A stretch of 64,000 nt of DNA, taken from NCBI GenBank assembly GCA_963674865.2, contig CAXXYE010000009.1:1184001-1248000 (forward strand). The letters are read 5' to 3'. The notes below the pieces were generated by a model, which had not been told where the DNA came from, searched no databases, and saw only the letters and a list, made by a program, of their open reading frames with translations. How positions within the stretch are numbered: the stretch's first letter is position 1; every line of letters begins with the position of its first letter. Origin of the DNA: Candidatus Hydrogenedentota bacterium (lineage in GTDB: Bacteria > Hydrogenedentota > Hydrogenedentia > Hydrogenedentales > SLHB01). Positions 49,156 to 57,988 of this stretch are shown here, piece by piece. Both the position numbers and the translations under genes were made by a program.

Positions 49156-50456
49156 GAGTCTGGTTGCCGCCAGGCGGCGCCCAGGGTGATGCCGTGGGCT
49201 ACGAGGGGATCTTCGGCGAGGCCGTTCTGCTTCATCTTCCGGGCGATCCAGGCTTCAAGGTCGGCTTCGAGTTTCTGCGCAAGCAGAGGCTGTTCATCCA
49301 CCAGGTTGTCCATCTCGTCGGGATCGGCCTGGAGATCGTACAGTTCGCGCATCGGCGTGCCGTAGTAGTCGGGCTCACGGGCGAGAATGAACTTGTGCCG
49401 CGCTGTCCGAATGGCCCACTTCATTTGCCAGGTGCATTCCTGGCTCACCACGTACTCCCGGATGGGCTCCACTGTCTCTCCGCGCAAGTGAGCTGCGAGG
49501 CTATGCCCTTCCATCTCGTTGGGAGCTTCAATCCCGCATAGATCGAGTATGGTCGGAGCAATGTCTACGTGCTCGGCCAAAACGGGAACGCGGCGCGGCG
49601 GAACGCCGGGGCATCGGAAGATCAACGGCACGTGTAGGTTTCCGTCGTAAAGGCCGTGATGATCGAAGAAGATGCCGTGGCGATACATGAGTTCACCGTG
49701 GTCGCTCAATAAGACGACGAGCGTGTCTTCCGCCAAACCGAGCTCTTCGAGTTTCTTGAGGAGTTGGCCAATACCCTCGTCGCAGTAGCGGATTTCCCCG
49801 TCGTACAGAGCGACGACGTACTCGGCGTCTGTTATCTCGAAGCTGAACTTGTTGAACCATGTCTCCGCCCATGTCTTGCCCAACGGATGAGAGCGCAGGG
49901 CGTCGAGGCTGTGATTGTCGGGGGTGCTCGGATTTCCTTTATAGTACAGCGTGCGATAGGCCCTTGGTGGGAGATAGGGCGTATGCGGATCCCAATAGTG
50001 GATGAACAGAAAGAAGCGCTCATCCTTGTGGTGCTCCAGCCAGGGAACGGCGCGGCGGTTGATCTCCCGATTGTCGCAGGCAATATTCAGATTGCGCCGC
50101 ATGGTGGGGTCGATACAGAACTCGTATCCCCGCCCGAAGCCGTTGCGCCATGCGGGCAGATTGTCCACCGCGCAGGTGGTGTATCCGGCTTGCTGCATAA
50201 CGCGCGGGAGCCAGGGCCCGTTTCGCGGCAGGGGATTATGGCCCGTCTGGGCGACAATCCCGTGGGTGATGGCGTACTGCCCCGTGTTGATGGTGGCAAA
50301 GGCGGGATGCGTAGGTATCGCGGGGGCAAAGGCCGTTTCCACGAGGGTCGATTGTTGGGCGAATGCGTCGATGTTGGGCGACGTGTTTTGAGCGTAGCCA
50401 TAACACCCAAGATGATCCGCGCGCAGTGTGTCTATGGCAATGACGATGACGTTCAC
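49143..50456 (-). CDS. Sulfatase-like (alkaline phosphatase superfamily) hydrolase
   Basis: IDTLRADHLGCYG, HYWDPHTPY, YDGEI, SDHGE, HVPLI, ELYDL..DP.E; GTG start. Confidence 0.88.
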   Translation of the reverse strand: MNVIVIAIDTLRADHLGCYGYAQNTSPNIDAFAQQSTLVETAFAPAIPTHPAFATINTGQYAITHGIVAQTGHNPLPRNGPWLPRVMQQAGYTTCAVDNLPAWRNGFGRGYEFCIDPTMRRNLNIACDNREINRRAVPWLEHHKDERFFLFIHYWDPHTPYLPPRAYRTLYYKGNPSTPDNHSLDALRSHPLGKTWAETWFNKFSFEITDAEYVVALYDGEIRYCDEGIGQLLKKLEELGLAEDTLVVLLSDHGELMYRHGIFFDHHGLYDGNLHVPLIFRCPGVPPRRVPVLAEHVDIAPTILDLCGIEAPNEMEGHSLAAHLRGETVEPIREYVVSQECTWQMKWAIRTARHKFILAREPDYYGTPMRELYDLQADPDEMDNLVDEQPLLAQKLEADLEAWIARKMKQNGLAEDPLVAHGITLGAAWRQPDSQDL

Positions 50457-50796
50457 AGTGTCTTCTTTCCGATAGGCGCTCGACTGTAGGGCGGGCGTCA
50501 TTGGTTTCTTATACAAGAATCCCAGGTAGCCTTCTCCGGGAACTCGCGGCATTGTACACCAGCGGATATCAGGCGTCGCAAGATGAGTCTCCCGGCACCG
50601 CCACCGGCCGTCTGCTTCACAGGGAAAGGGCAGGGAAGGGTCGTGTTCTTATTCGGAAACGCGCTGCTGCGGCAGACACGCCCTGCTGCGTTTGTCGTCG
50701 GAACTCCACGGGGCAGCAGGGACGCGAAGAAGGCTCCGTCCGCGGCACCCGAGCACGAGACTTGCCTTGACGGCGTAGACTGTTCGTGAGGCTAAG

Positions 50797-53328
50797 TTAT
50801 TCGGAGTCCACCGTCCAGGGCATGTTCTCTTTCTTCATCAGCCAGATTTCGCTGGCTGTGGTGGCCGGCGGCTCGCCAGTGAGCGGCAAGAACTGAACAC
50901 GGATAGAACCGTCCTGCGTGAGTTCCTGGGGAATGTCGAACTCGAAGTAGTTGACGTCCTGCGCGGCCATAGGGATGCTGTCGCTGAAGACGACACCGTC
51001 CACGGCCAGCCCCTCCGTCAGATCGCGCGTCTGTTCCTTTTCCGTGAGGAATCTCGCGCCGACGGCAATCCGAAGTACGTACTCTGCCGTCGGATCTAAC
51101 TCCTCGTATTCGAGCGCGACGGCCTCACGATCCTTATAGCCGTAGGCCATGTTATAGTGGGAATGCCTCGCCGGCCCGAACACCGATCTGAATCGCCATT
51201 TCCTCTGCCCCATCACCAGGTGCTCGGAGACCTTTGGCCAACCCAAGTTGTCGTAATAGCCGCCTTCGCCGGGATCTTCGTACCGCAGGATCATCCGGGC
51301 AGTGTTGCGCATGCGCACCTCGCTGTTGGAGTCGAGCGCCTCTTGGAGTGTTTTCTGCCACCAGCCGACCTCCGCCAAATCGTAGCGATCAACGAGAAAA
51401 CACGCAGGATCCCTGTAACCCACCACGGCGTTGGACTCTTCGCCGCGTTGGGCCGCTTCATCGCGAATGGCCGTCATTTCGGCAGTCTCGAGTTGCTCGT
51501 CCAAGGCATCGAGGGCTTTCTCTATTGCGGCGCGAGGCGCCTCATCCGCCGTAGCAAGATGCCGGGCCGCCTCCTGCTTCAAGTCCTCGCCATGCTCCAG
51601 CGCCAATTGGACATAGCGATCCGTCAGCGCCTTCGCCATCATCACGCGCCAGCGCCAATCCGTCCGCAGCAGGTTCTCGGGGATCTTCTTGCCTGCCGAG
51701 CGCAGCAGATCCACCGCCTGGGCAAAGCCGGCTTGTCCTACGACGGGCCCGCTCATCGTCTCTTCCGCAATGAAGATCGCTCGAGCGACTTCCGGGGCGG
51801 CCGCCGGGCCAAACCAGTACCGGCAGTATTCCTCCGTCAAGGCCTCGGCGCTCTGGTTGGGATTCCACAGCAGCCGAAACCAGAGCCACTTGTTGAAATC
51901 ATCGTGCATGCCCTCGGTGTAGAAGATGATTCCGGCCGCGTAGTGGAGTGTCTCCTGCGCGGCCGCATAATAAGCACGAGGCCGTGCGTTCCACGCCCGG
52001 CGGTCGTACACAGCGCCCAGCGCGAAATTCGGATCCGGCACTTCGTATTGCCCCTTTATCCAGTGCGAGATGTCCGGAAAGAGCGTGATATGCGTAGTGG
52101 GCGGCAGTTGGTGATGCAAATACTTCAGGTGATTCCCGATATATCCGAATCCCTCGTATTCGAAGTAGCGGGGATTGACGGGGCCGCGCAGGAAGTCCCG
52201 CATCTCGTTTGAGCCCGGGCCGTAGTGGAGCGCGTAGAGCCAGCTCGCATCGTGGGTGTTTAAGTAGTCGAGCAGCGCCTGATGGCCCTCATTGCTGAGC
52301 TCCTGATTGGTGGTGAGTACCTTGGCATCCGGCAGATGCTTGTGCAGCAAGTCGGCGACATCGTGCAGCAACTTGATATACGTACCGCCCCAAGGCATGC
52401 AGCGCTCGCAGCGGCAACCGCCGGGATCGCCCGACTTGCTCACGAAGAAGTCGTAAGGCTTCATCTCGCTGAACATGGCGTCGTAGGAGTCCAGAAGCGC
52501 CTGCCTGGCTTCGGGCACTGAAGGGCATACGAGCGTGGCCGCGTGTTTGTCGTCGGCCTGCCATTCCTTGGGCAGGCCTCCCGGATAGCCTTGCTGAAAT
52601 CTGTTAAGCTTGACCTCTATGAAGGCGAGCATGCCGTAGTCGGCGTGCATAATATCGGGATCCTCGCCGAGGCAGTTCGCGCCCTCCAATAGGAGGTCGT
52701 CCATGATCTCCTCACGCTCCTCCGCCGTCTGAGGCCGCAGGTTGCCATATTCGTGTGCCCGGCTGTTGGGGCCTGTCGCCCTTCCTCCGCGCAGGGAGAA
52801 CGCAGGTTCGTCCGTCACATCCATGGTGGGAACTACCACGCCGTTGGGAAGATACGTCATCGCCCTGAGCGCCCAGCCCGTGCCGTACATTAGGCCCCGC
52901 ACATCCGTCCCGGCGATGACAACAAAGTTTCTGCCGTCTACACGCCCCGACTTCACGACAAAACCTTCAGGATGCATCTTGTCGGAGTTGGGGAGCATTG
53001 GAGGCGCCGCAGCCAGTTTCTGAGCCAGGCGCTTGGCAAGGCCGTTACTCGCGAATGTACCGAGGACAAATGTAGCGTCCGCGTCAGGCAGCGTCGCCTC
53101 CTCCTTGGCCTGCGTGACAGTCACTGCACTCCGTTTCAGAATCCGTTTGCTGAGTAGTTCGGCGACTTTCTTTTCAGGCCTGCTGCTTTCCGTGCCCGTG
53201 ACTATCACGATACGTCTGGCCATGGCGTCTTCATCGTTGGCGTAGCTCTTGGCGCACCGCGTAAAGACGATGAGAGTCGCCAAGGCAACGACGGCGATAC
53301 AAGAGGTCATGTAGGTATGCATAATCAT
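50797..53328 (-). CDS. Secreted glycoside-hydrolase-like hypothetical protein (843 aa)
   Basis: Signal peptide; GH20/GH67-type N-terminal domain (EGF...IAGTDVRGLMYG...DEPAFSLRG); GDPGGC. Confidence 0.6.
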   Translation of the reverse strand: MIMHTYMTSCIAVVALATLIVFTRCAKSYANDEDAMARRIVIVTGTESSRPEKKVAELLSKRILKRSAVTVTQAKEEATLPDADATFVLGTFASNGLAKRLAQKLAAAPPMLPNSDKMHPEGFVVKSGRVDGRNFVVIAGTDVRGLMYGTGWALRAMTYLPNGVVVPTMDVTDEPAFSLRGGRATGPNSRAHEYGNLRPQTAEEREEIMDDLLLEGANCLGEDPDIMHADYGMLAFIEVKLNRFQQGYPGGLPKEWQADDKHAATLVCPSVPEARQALLDSYDAMFSEMKPYDFFVSKSGDPGGCRCERCMPWGGTYIKLLHDVADLLHKHLPDAKVLTTNQELSNEGHQALLDYLNTHDASWLYALHYGPGSNEMRDFLRGPVNPRYFEYEGFGYIGNHLKYLHHQLPPTTHITLFPDISHWIKGQYEVPDPNFALGAVYDRRAWNARPRAYYAAAQETLHYAAGIIFYTEGMHDDFNKWLWFRLLWNPNQSAEALTEEYCRYWFGPAAAPEVARAIFIAEETMSGPVVGQAGFAQAVDLLRSAGKKIPENLLRTDWRWRVMMAKALTDRYVQLALEHGEDLKQEAARHLATADEAPRAAIEKALDALDEQLETAEMTAIRDEAAQRGEESNAVVGYRDPACFLVDRYDLAEVGWWQKTLQEALDSNSEVRMRNTARMILRYEDPGEGGYYDNLGWPKVSEHLVMGQRKWRFRSVFGPARHSHYNMAYGYKDREAVALEYEELDPTAEYVLRIAVGARFLTEKEQTRDLTEGLAVDGVVFSDSIPMAAQDVNYFEFDIPQELTQDGSIRVQFLPLTGEPPATTASEIWLMKKENMPWTVDSE

Positions 53329-53387
53329 TCCTTTGGATGTTCGGGGGCCTAGTCCTGAGTGCTTCCTAAGTGCTTCTATCTACTTGC

Positions 53388-53416
53388 TTTATAGCAAGAT
53401 GCGTGCGTGAGGTCAA
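53388..53416 (-). promoter_or_regulatory. Putative sigma70 promoter of the 843-aa gene
   Basis: TTGACC-17 nt-TATAAA with TGn on the minus strand. Confidence 0.6.
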
Positions 53417-53542
53417 GACTGAATAAACGGTTTGGCCTCCAGGTGATGGCGACTGAGACAGGGGGATCGCCGCCAGTATTAATTGAAAAACACAGTATTC
53501 TTGTATGACTGCGCCGCGTAAGCGTCCAATTCCGCTTCTTTA

Positions 53543-53581
53543 CCACAACATATTGCGTATGGACTTAAGGTGTGCTACAAT
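53543..53581 (+). promoter_or_regulatory. Sigma70 promoter with overlapping NrdR-box-like operator
   Basis: TTGCGT-17-TACAAT (53553-53581, TGn); CCACAACATATTGCGT (53543-53558) covers the -35. Confidence 0.55.
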
Positions 53582-53602
53582 CCACCGAAGGAGGTGGTGC
53601 GC

Positions 53603-55756
53603 TTGCGATTCGGGAGGCGAAACAAGAACAGGCCGCCGGTTAGCGTGCGGTCGAATGGGGAACATTCCAGAAACGTTTCAGGCGCCGTGGCTTCTGAGGA
53701 GCGAAGTGCTTTGTTGTCCTCGGCTCCCAACGAAGCCGGTCCGCCGGACTTCCCGGAGGATGAAGCCGAAGCGTTTGACGATCAGACTCAAGCGCTGCTG
53801 ACGACGCTTGGCCGCTTCCAGCGACACGTCGTGGCGGCCCAGGGCGGGGCCTCAAATGACACCTGGGCCGAGGCGTGCATGGAGGAGTTGATCGCCGCGC
53901 TGAAGATCGCCATGACTCAGCAATGGGATGCCGTGCAGGAGGTGTTGACGGAGACGGGCCGCGTTCTACGGACCTACCAAGACGCCGGGCGGGCCCAGAT
54001 GTGCGTGCGCTTTCTTGCAGAGAGTTACGAGGTGCTGTGCCTGATGGTGGGCGACCTGATCGTGGGTAGCATCCGGCCTGGTGTCGTGCAGAAGTGGCGT
54101 GGCCTTTACGATTCGGTGCTGAAGGATGTACAGGCTTCCGGCCTCCCGCTTGTTGGTGATGCGCCTTCCCCGGGAGAGCCGTCGCAGCCGCAGGAGCTTT
54201 TCGACGAAGATACGGTGGACGAGGCTGTCGAGCCACAGCAAGACGGCGAAGAAGCACCTCCCTTTACGCTTCCTTCGCTGGACGAACAGCCCCTTGTGCC
54301 CGTAGAGGACCTTCCCACCCTTGACGACCTACCGCCCCTGGAGGGGGCCGTGGAGGCGGCAGCGGAGGATATTGAGCCGTCGGAAGAAGACGAGCGCCGC
54401 CATCTTGTCGAGGAACCTAACGAGACAGTACCCGCTGACGAAGGCTCTGAGGTAATGGCCGAGGAGGATATGGCGGCAGACGAACCCCAAGGCGATGTGG
54501 AGGAAGCGTACGAGCCCGTAGAGGATCTAGCGCCTCTCCCATCATTGGGGGACGAGTCCCTCATGCCGCCTGAGGTGGTTGATGAGGAGAACGCGTCGCA
54601 GGAGACAGCGTCGGAGGCCGATGCCCGCGAAGACGGCATCGCCCCGTTCTTGGATCGTCTTTGTGAAGAGTTGACGCGTGTGGAGCACTCCGAGCCGTCG
54701 GAACGCACTGATGCCTTCGTGCGGCTAGACGACGTGCTGGACTCACTTGAGCAGGCCGCCGTGGAAGACGGCCGCGAGCTGGCGCAGGAATTGTGTGCGG
54801 CTATGCGGGCAATGTGTTCCGATGAGGCCCTGAACGAAGATAGTCTCGACGACAAGTTTCTCGAACTGGCCTATGGCTTTTGTGGAACCTACGCCGAGGC
54901 GGCTTCTGATCCCCCGAGCGAGGGGAAATCTGGTTGGCTGGCCGAGTGCCGGGCGATGCTCGAGGCGCGCCGCTCACCGTTGCCGCCGGAGCCTGTGGTT
55001 GCGCCACCGCCGCCAGAGCCTTCGGTTGTGTCCGCGGATAACGATGAGGATGAGGCTGTCGAGGAAGTGCCGGTGGAAGCCGCCGCTATTCCGGACATCT
55101 TCAAGACGGCTCAGGAAGCGTTTCTGCGCGGCGATGTGGCTGATGCCAAACTTCTAGCTCTTCGGGCGGCAGCTGGTATCGCCAAGGCCGAGGCCGACAA
55201 GGCAGAGTCCTCCGTCAAGAAGGCGGAGAAGCGCCTGCGCGAGGGCGATGCGTCCATCGAGGCGGCGCGGGACGAGGTGCGCGGCGCGGAATCGGGCGTT
55301 TCGGAGGCAGCGGCGGAGGTTGCTCAAGGCGAACAGCGACTAGGTGAGATTCGCTCCCGCGGCCAAGAAATACAAGGTCAATTGGACGAGGCGGAAGCCG
55401 AGTTGGATGCTCTGGATGAGCGGATTCGTGAGCTTCAAGCGCAACGTGAGGCCCAAGCGGGACTGGCGGCAAAGGTCCGCGACGAACTGAGCACTGCGCA
55501 GGCGGAAGAGAGCGAGGCCGACGCGGCATTGAGCGGACTAGTGGCGGAGGAAGAAGCGGCCCGCGTACGACTCGAAGATGCCCGGCAAAGCATCAAGAGC
55601 CTGCACTTCCGGCGATCGGAGATCGAATCGGCCATGGAGAAGGCGCGGGAGGCCTATACGCGCCAATGCATGACGCTCAAGGATATCGAGCAGACTCTCG
55701 GGCATGTTGGCAGTGGCGGAGCAACCTCGCCGAGCGACGCCGAACTGCTTTTTTGA
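53603..55756 (+). CDS. Acidic helical/coiled-coil hypothetical protein (about 717 aa)
   Basis: AAGGAGG RBS then TTG; two helical domains, Glu/Asp/Pro-rich linkers, long C-terminal heptad region. Confidence 0.75.
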   Translation: MRFGRRNKNRPPVSVRSNGEHSRNVSGAVASEERSALLSSAPNEAGPPDFPEDEAEAFDDQTQALLTTLGRFQRHVVAAQGGASNDTWAEACMEELIAALKIAMTQQWDAVQEVLTETGRVLRTYQDAGRAQMCVRFLAESYEVLCLMVGDLIVGSIRPGVVQKWRGLYDSVLKDVQASGLPLVGDAPSPGEPSQPQELFDEDTVDEAVEPQQDGEEAPPFTLPSLDEQPLVPVEDLPTLDDLPPLEGAVEAAAEDIEPSEEDERRHLVEEPNETVPADEGSEVMAEEDMAADEPQGDVEEAYEPVEDLAPLPSLGDESLMPPEVVDEENASQETASEADAREDGIAPFLDRLCEELTRVEHSEPSERTDAFVRLDDVLDSLEQAAVEDGRELAQELCAAMRAMCSDEALNEDSLDDKFLELAYGFCGTYAEAASDPPSEGKSGWLAECRAMLEARRSPLPPEPVVAPPPPEPSVVSADNDEDEAVEEVPVEAAAIPDIFKTAQEAFLRGDVADAKLLALRAAAGIAKAEADKAESSVKKAEKRLREGDASIEAARDEVRGAESGVSEAAAEVAQGEQRLGEIRSRGQEIQGQLDEAEAELDALDERIRELQAQREAQAGLAAKVRDELSTAQAEESEADAALSGLVAEEEAARVRLEDARQSIKSLHFRRSEIESAMEKAREAYTRQCMTLKDIEQTLGHVGSGGATSPSDAELLF

Positions 55757-55969
55757 GTTCCAGGAAGCTCCGCCGACATTTGCACGGCGGCGCGCTATTC
55801 ATTTCAGGTCGTGCCGGGCGCTTTGTCTTCAAGGGCGTTGCGCGTGAGGCCAGTAGCCAAACCGGCGCGGTCCGTAGATTCCTGACCGTTGCGCAGTTTC
55901 CTAGGGCGGCTCAAGGCATCGGCGCAAGTCAGCCGGACACCGATACAAGGGCAAGCGGGAGAGAGAGTA

Positions 55970-57250
55970 TTGCGGGCCAAGGCCGATACGGTGGGCGTAA
56001 TCGATTTCGGATCGCGCGAGATCCGGGTGCTCATCGCCAGAAAGAACGACGACGGTTCCATCCAGGTGCTTGGCCACGGGGTGGCCCCGGGGCACGGCAG
56101 CGTCTCTCAGGGGGTCATTCAGGATCTGCACGCCACGCAAGTGGCGCTCAATCGCGCGTTGGCCTCCGCGGAAAAGGAGGCGCGCACCAAGGTCGGTTCC
56201 CTGTTTTGCGGAGTGAACGGGAAGAACGTGGAGACCTTCATCCGCGAGGGCAAGGTAAAGCTCGAGCGAGAGATCGTCGAGCAGCAACACCTTGACGAAG
56301 CTCTGGATATCGCTTCCCGCGAAATCCTCTCACCCGGCAAACGGATCACATCCTCGATTTCAGCGCAGGAGTGGTACGTCGACGAGCTGCGCGTGATCGA
56401 CCCAATCGGCATACGCGGACACGTGCTCAAGACGCGCGTGCATTTCGCGCGGCTTCCGGCGGTGATCGAGGACAACATCATCAGTTGCATCGAGTCGGCT
56501 CACCGGGAACTCGAAGACTTTATCTTTCTTCCTCTTGCCTCGGCCCTCGGGTGCCTGACACCGGAGGATATGGAACTCGGTGTGGCGGTGCTGGATCTGG
56601 GCCGCAGCACGACGGGGCTGGCCGTGTATCGTGACCACCGTATTCTGGGCACCCAATGCTTCGAGTGGGGCGGATACCACATCACGCGCGATGTGGCTGC
56701 GGGCCTGCAGGTTTCATTTGAAGAGGCGGATGAACTTATTTCGGAATACGGGATCTCGGATGAATCCATACGGGCCGAGGCATCAACGGGCGAAGACGAG
56801 ACGCCTCGCCGGGACGAGCGAACCGCCCGAATCAAACTCAAGACGGTCGTGCCGGGGGCGGAATCGATCGTCGAACGGCGGGAACTGGACGAAATCATCT
56901 TCGAGCGTGCCAAGGAGCTTCTTGTCAAAGTGCGGCAGTACCTGCACTCTCGCGGCATGATGAAGAACCTGGTGCGTGGGGTGGTCTTCACCGGTGGCAC
57001 GGCAGCCATCAAGAATCACGTGGCACTTGCGGAGGCCGTCTTTCAGGTTCCCTGCCGCCTAGGGCTCCCGCACGCCGTCGAAGTGATCCCGCAAGGCGTG
57101 AAAGGCCCTGAGTTCTCCGCAGCAGTCGGGATTGTGCGCCACGGCTTCGATTTTCGCGACGCGGCCCGCAATGGCCGCGTCGAGCCGCGCGGGCCCGTAG
57201 CCTCACGCTTCCGCCGGTTGGGGCGGTTCCTTAGGAAGTACTTCATTTAG
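55970..57250 (+). CDS. ftsA: Divergent cell-division protein FtsA
   Basis: IDFGS, GVIQD, SHS2 region DPIGIRG, PLASA..LTPEDMELG, GG.HITRD, GVVFTGG, C-terminal amphipathic FRRLGRFLRKYF. Confidence 0.87.
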   Translation: MRAKADTVGVIDFGSREIRVLIARKNDDGSIQVLGHGVAPGHGSVSQGVIQDLHATQVALNRALASAEKEARTKVGSLFCGVNGKNVETFIREGKVKLEREIVEQQHLDEALDIASREILSPGKRITSSISAQEWYVDELRVIDPIGIRGHVLKTRVHFARLPAVIEDNIISCIESAHRELEDFIFLPLASALGCLTPEDMELGVAVLDLGRSTTGLAVYRDHRILGTQCFEWGGYHITRDVAAGLQVSFEEADELISEYGISDESIRAEASTGEDETPRRDERTARIKLKTVVPGAESIVERRELDEIIFERAKELLVKVRQYLHSRGMMKNLVRGVVFTGGTAAIKNHVALAEAVFQVPCRLGLPHAVEVIPQGVKGPEFSAAVGIVRHGFDFRDAARNGRVEPRGPVASRFRRLGRFLRKYFI

Positions 57251-57283
57251 AAGTCTGGCCTGAAAGCGCGGTTCCCGGTGGGA

Positions 57284-57366
57284 TGCGGCCAGAAAGCACT
57301 TGTGAGTCCACTTTTCTCAACGCCCAGAACTGTCGGTCCCCGTCATTCGGTGGCTTTCTGGCCGCA
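57284..57366. repeat. Perfect 14-bp inverted repeat with 55-nt spacer
   Basis: TGCGGCCAGAAAGC ... GCTTTCTGGCCGCA. Confidence 0.7.
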
Positions 57367-57369
57367 CTC

Positions 57370-57984
57370 CTAGCGCGATCTTGGGGGAACGGAGAGCAGG
57401 CGATGCACGGCGTCGCGCAAGGCAGGCACCACATCGCGCTCAAACCAGGGATTCTTCCGTAGCCAGGCTAGATTTCGGAAGGATGGATGGGGGAGAGGGA
57501 TGTATTCGGGCGCATAGTCACGCCAAGCGCGGACGGTTTCCGTCAACGTCCTTCCCGCCCGCCCGCCGAGATAGTGCTTCTGCGCATAGCTTCCGGCAAG
57601 GACGGTGAGTTCGATGTGGGGCAGGTGCGCCAGGAGTCGCGGTAGCCAGAGGCGGGCGCATTCCTTTCGGGGGGGCAAGTCGCCGCCGCGCGGATTGCGG
57701 CCAGGATAGCAGTATCCCATGGGGATGATGGCGAAGCGGGATTCATCGTAGAAGGTTTCGCGGCGGACTTGCATCCACTCGCGGAGACGATCGCCGCTGG
57801 GGTCGTTCCACGGCAGGCCTGTCTCGTGGACGCGCGTCCCCGGGGCCTGGCCGACGACGAGAATCCGCGCAGAAGCCCGCCCGCGCACAACGGGCCGGGG
57901 GCCAAGAGGCAAGTCCGATGCGCAGGCCCGGCAGGCGCGCACTTCCGCGAGGACCCTGTCCAAGGCGGCTTGTTCGTCAGGCAA
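57370..57984 (-). CDS. Uracil-DNA glycosylase-family protein
   Basis: CRAC, GQAPG, WNDPSGDRLR, CYPG, PLPHPS; TTG start. Confidence 0.9.
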   Translation of the reverse strand: MPDEQAALDRVLAEVRACRACASDLPLGPRPVVRGRASARILVVGQAPGTRVHETGLPWNDPSGDRLREWMQVRRETFYDESRFAIIPMGYCYPGRNPRGGDLPPRKECARLWLPRLLAHLPHIELTVLAGSYAQKHYLGGRAGRTLTETVRAWRDYAPEYIPLPHPSFRNLAWLRKNPWFERDVVPALRDAVHRLLSVPPRSR

Positions 57985-57988
57985 CAGC

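Noticed and set aside
55970..57250. PilM or MreB assignment
   Set aside because: SHS2 insertion, LTPEDMELG block and C-terminal amphipathic helix indicate FtsA; no pilNOPQ or mreCD
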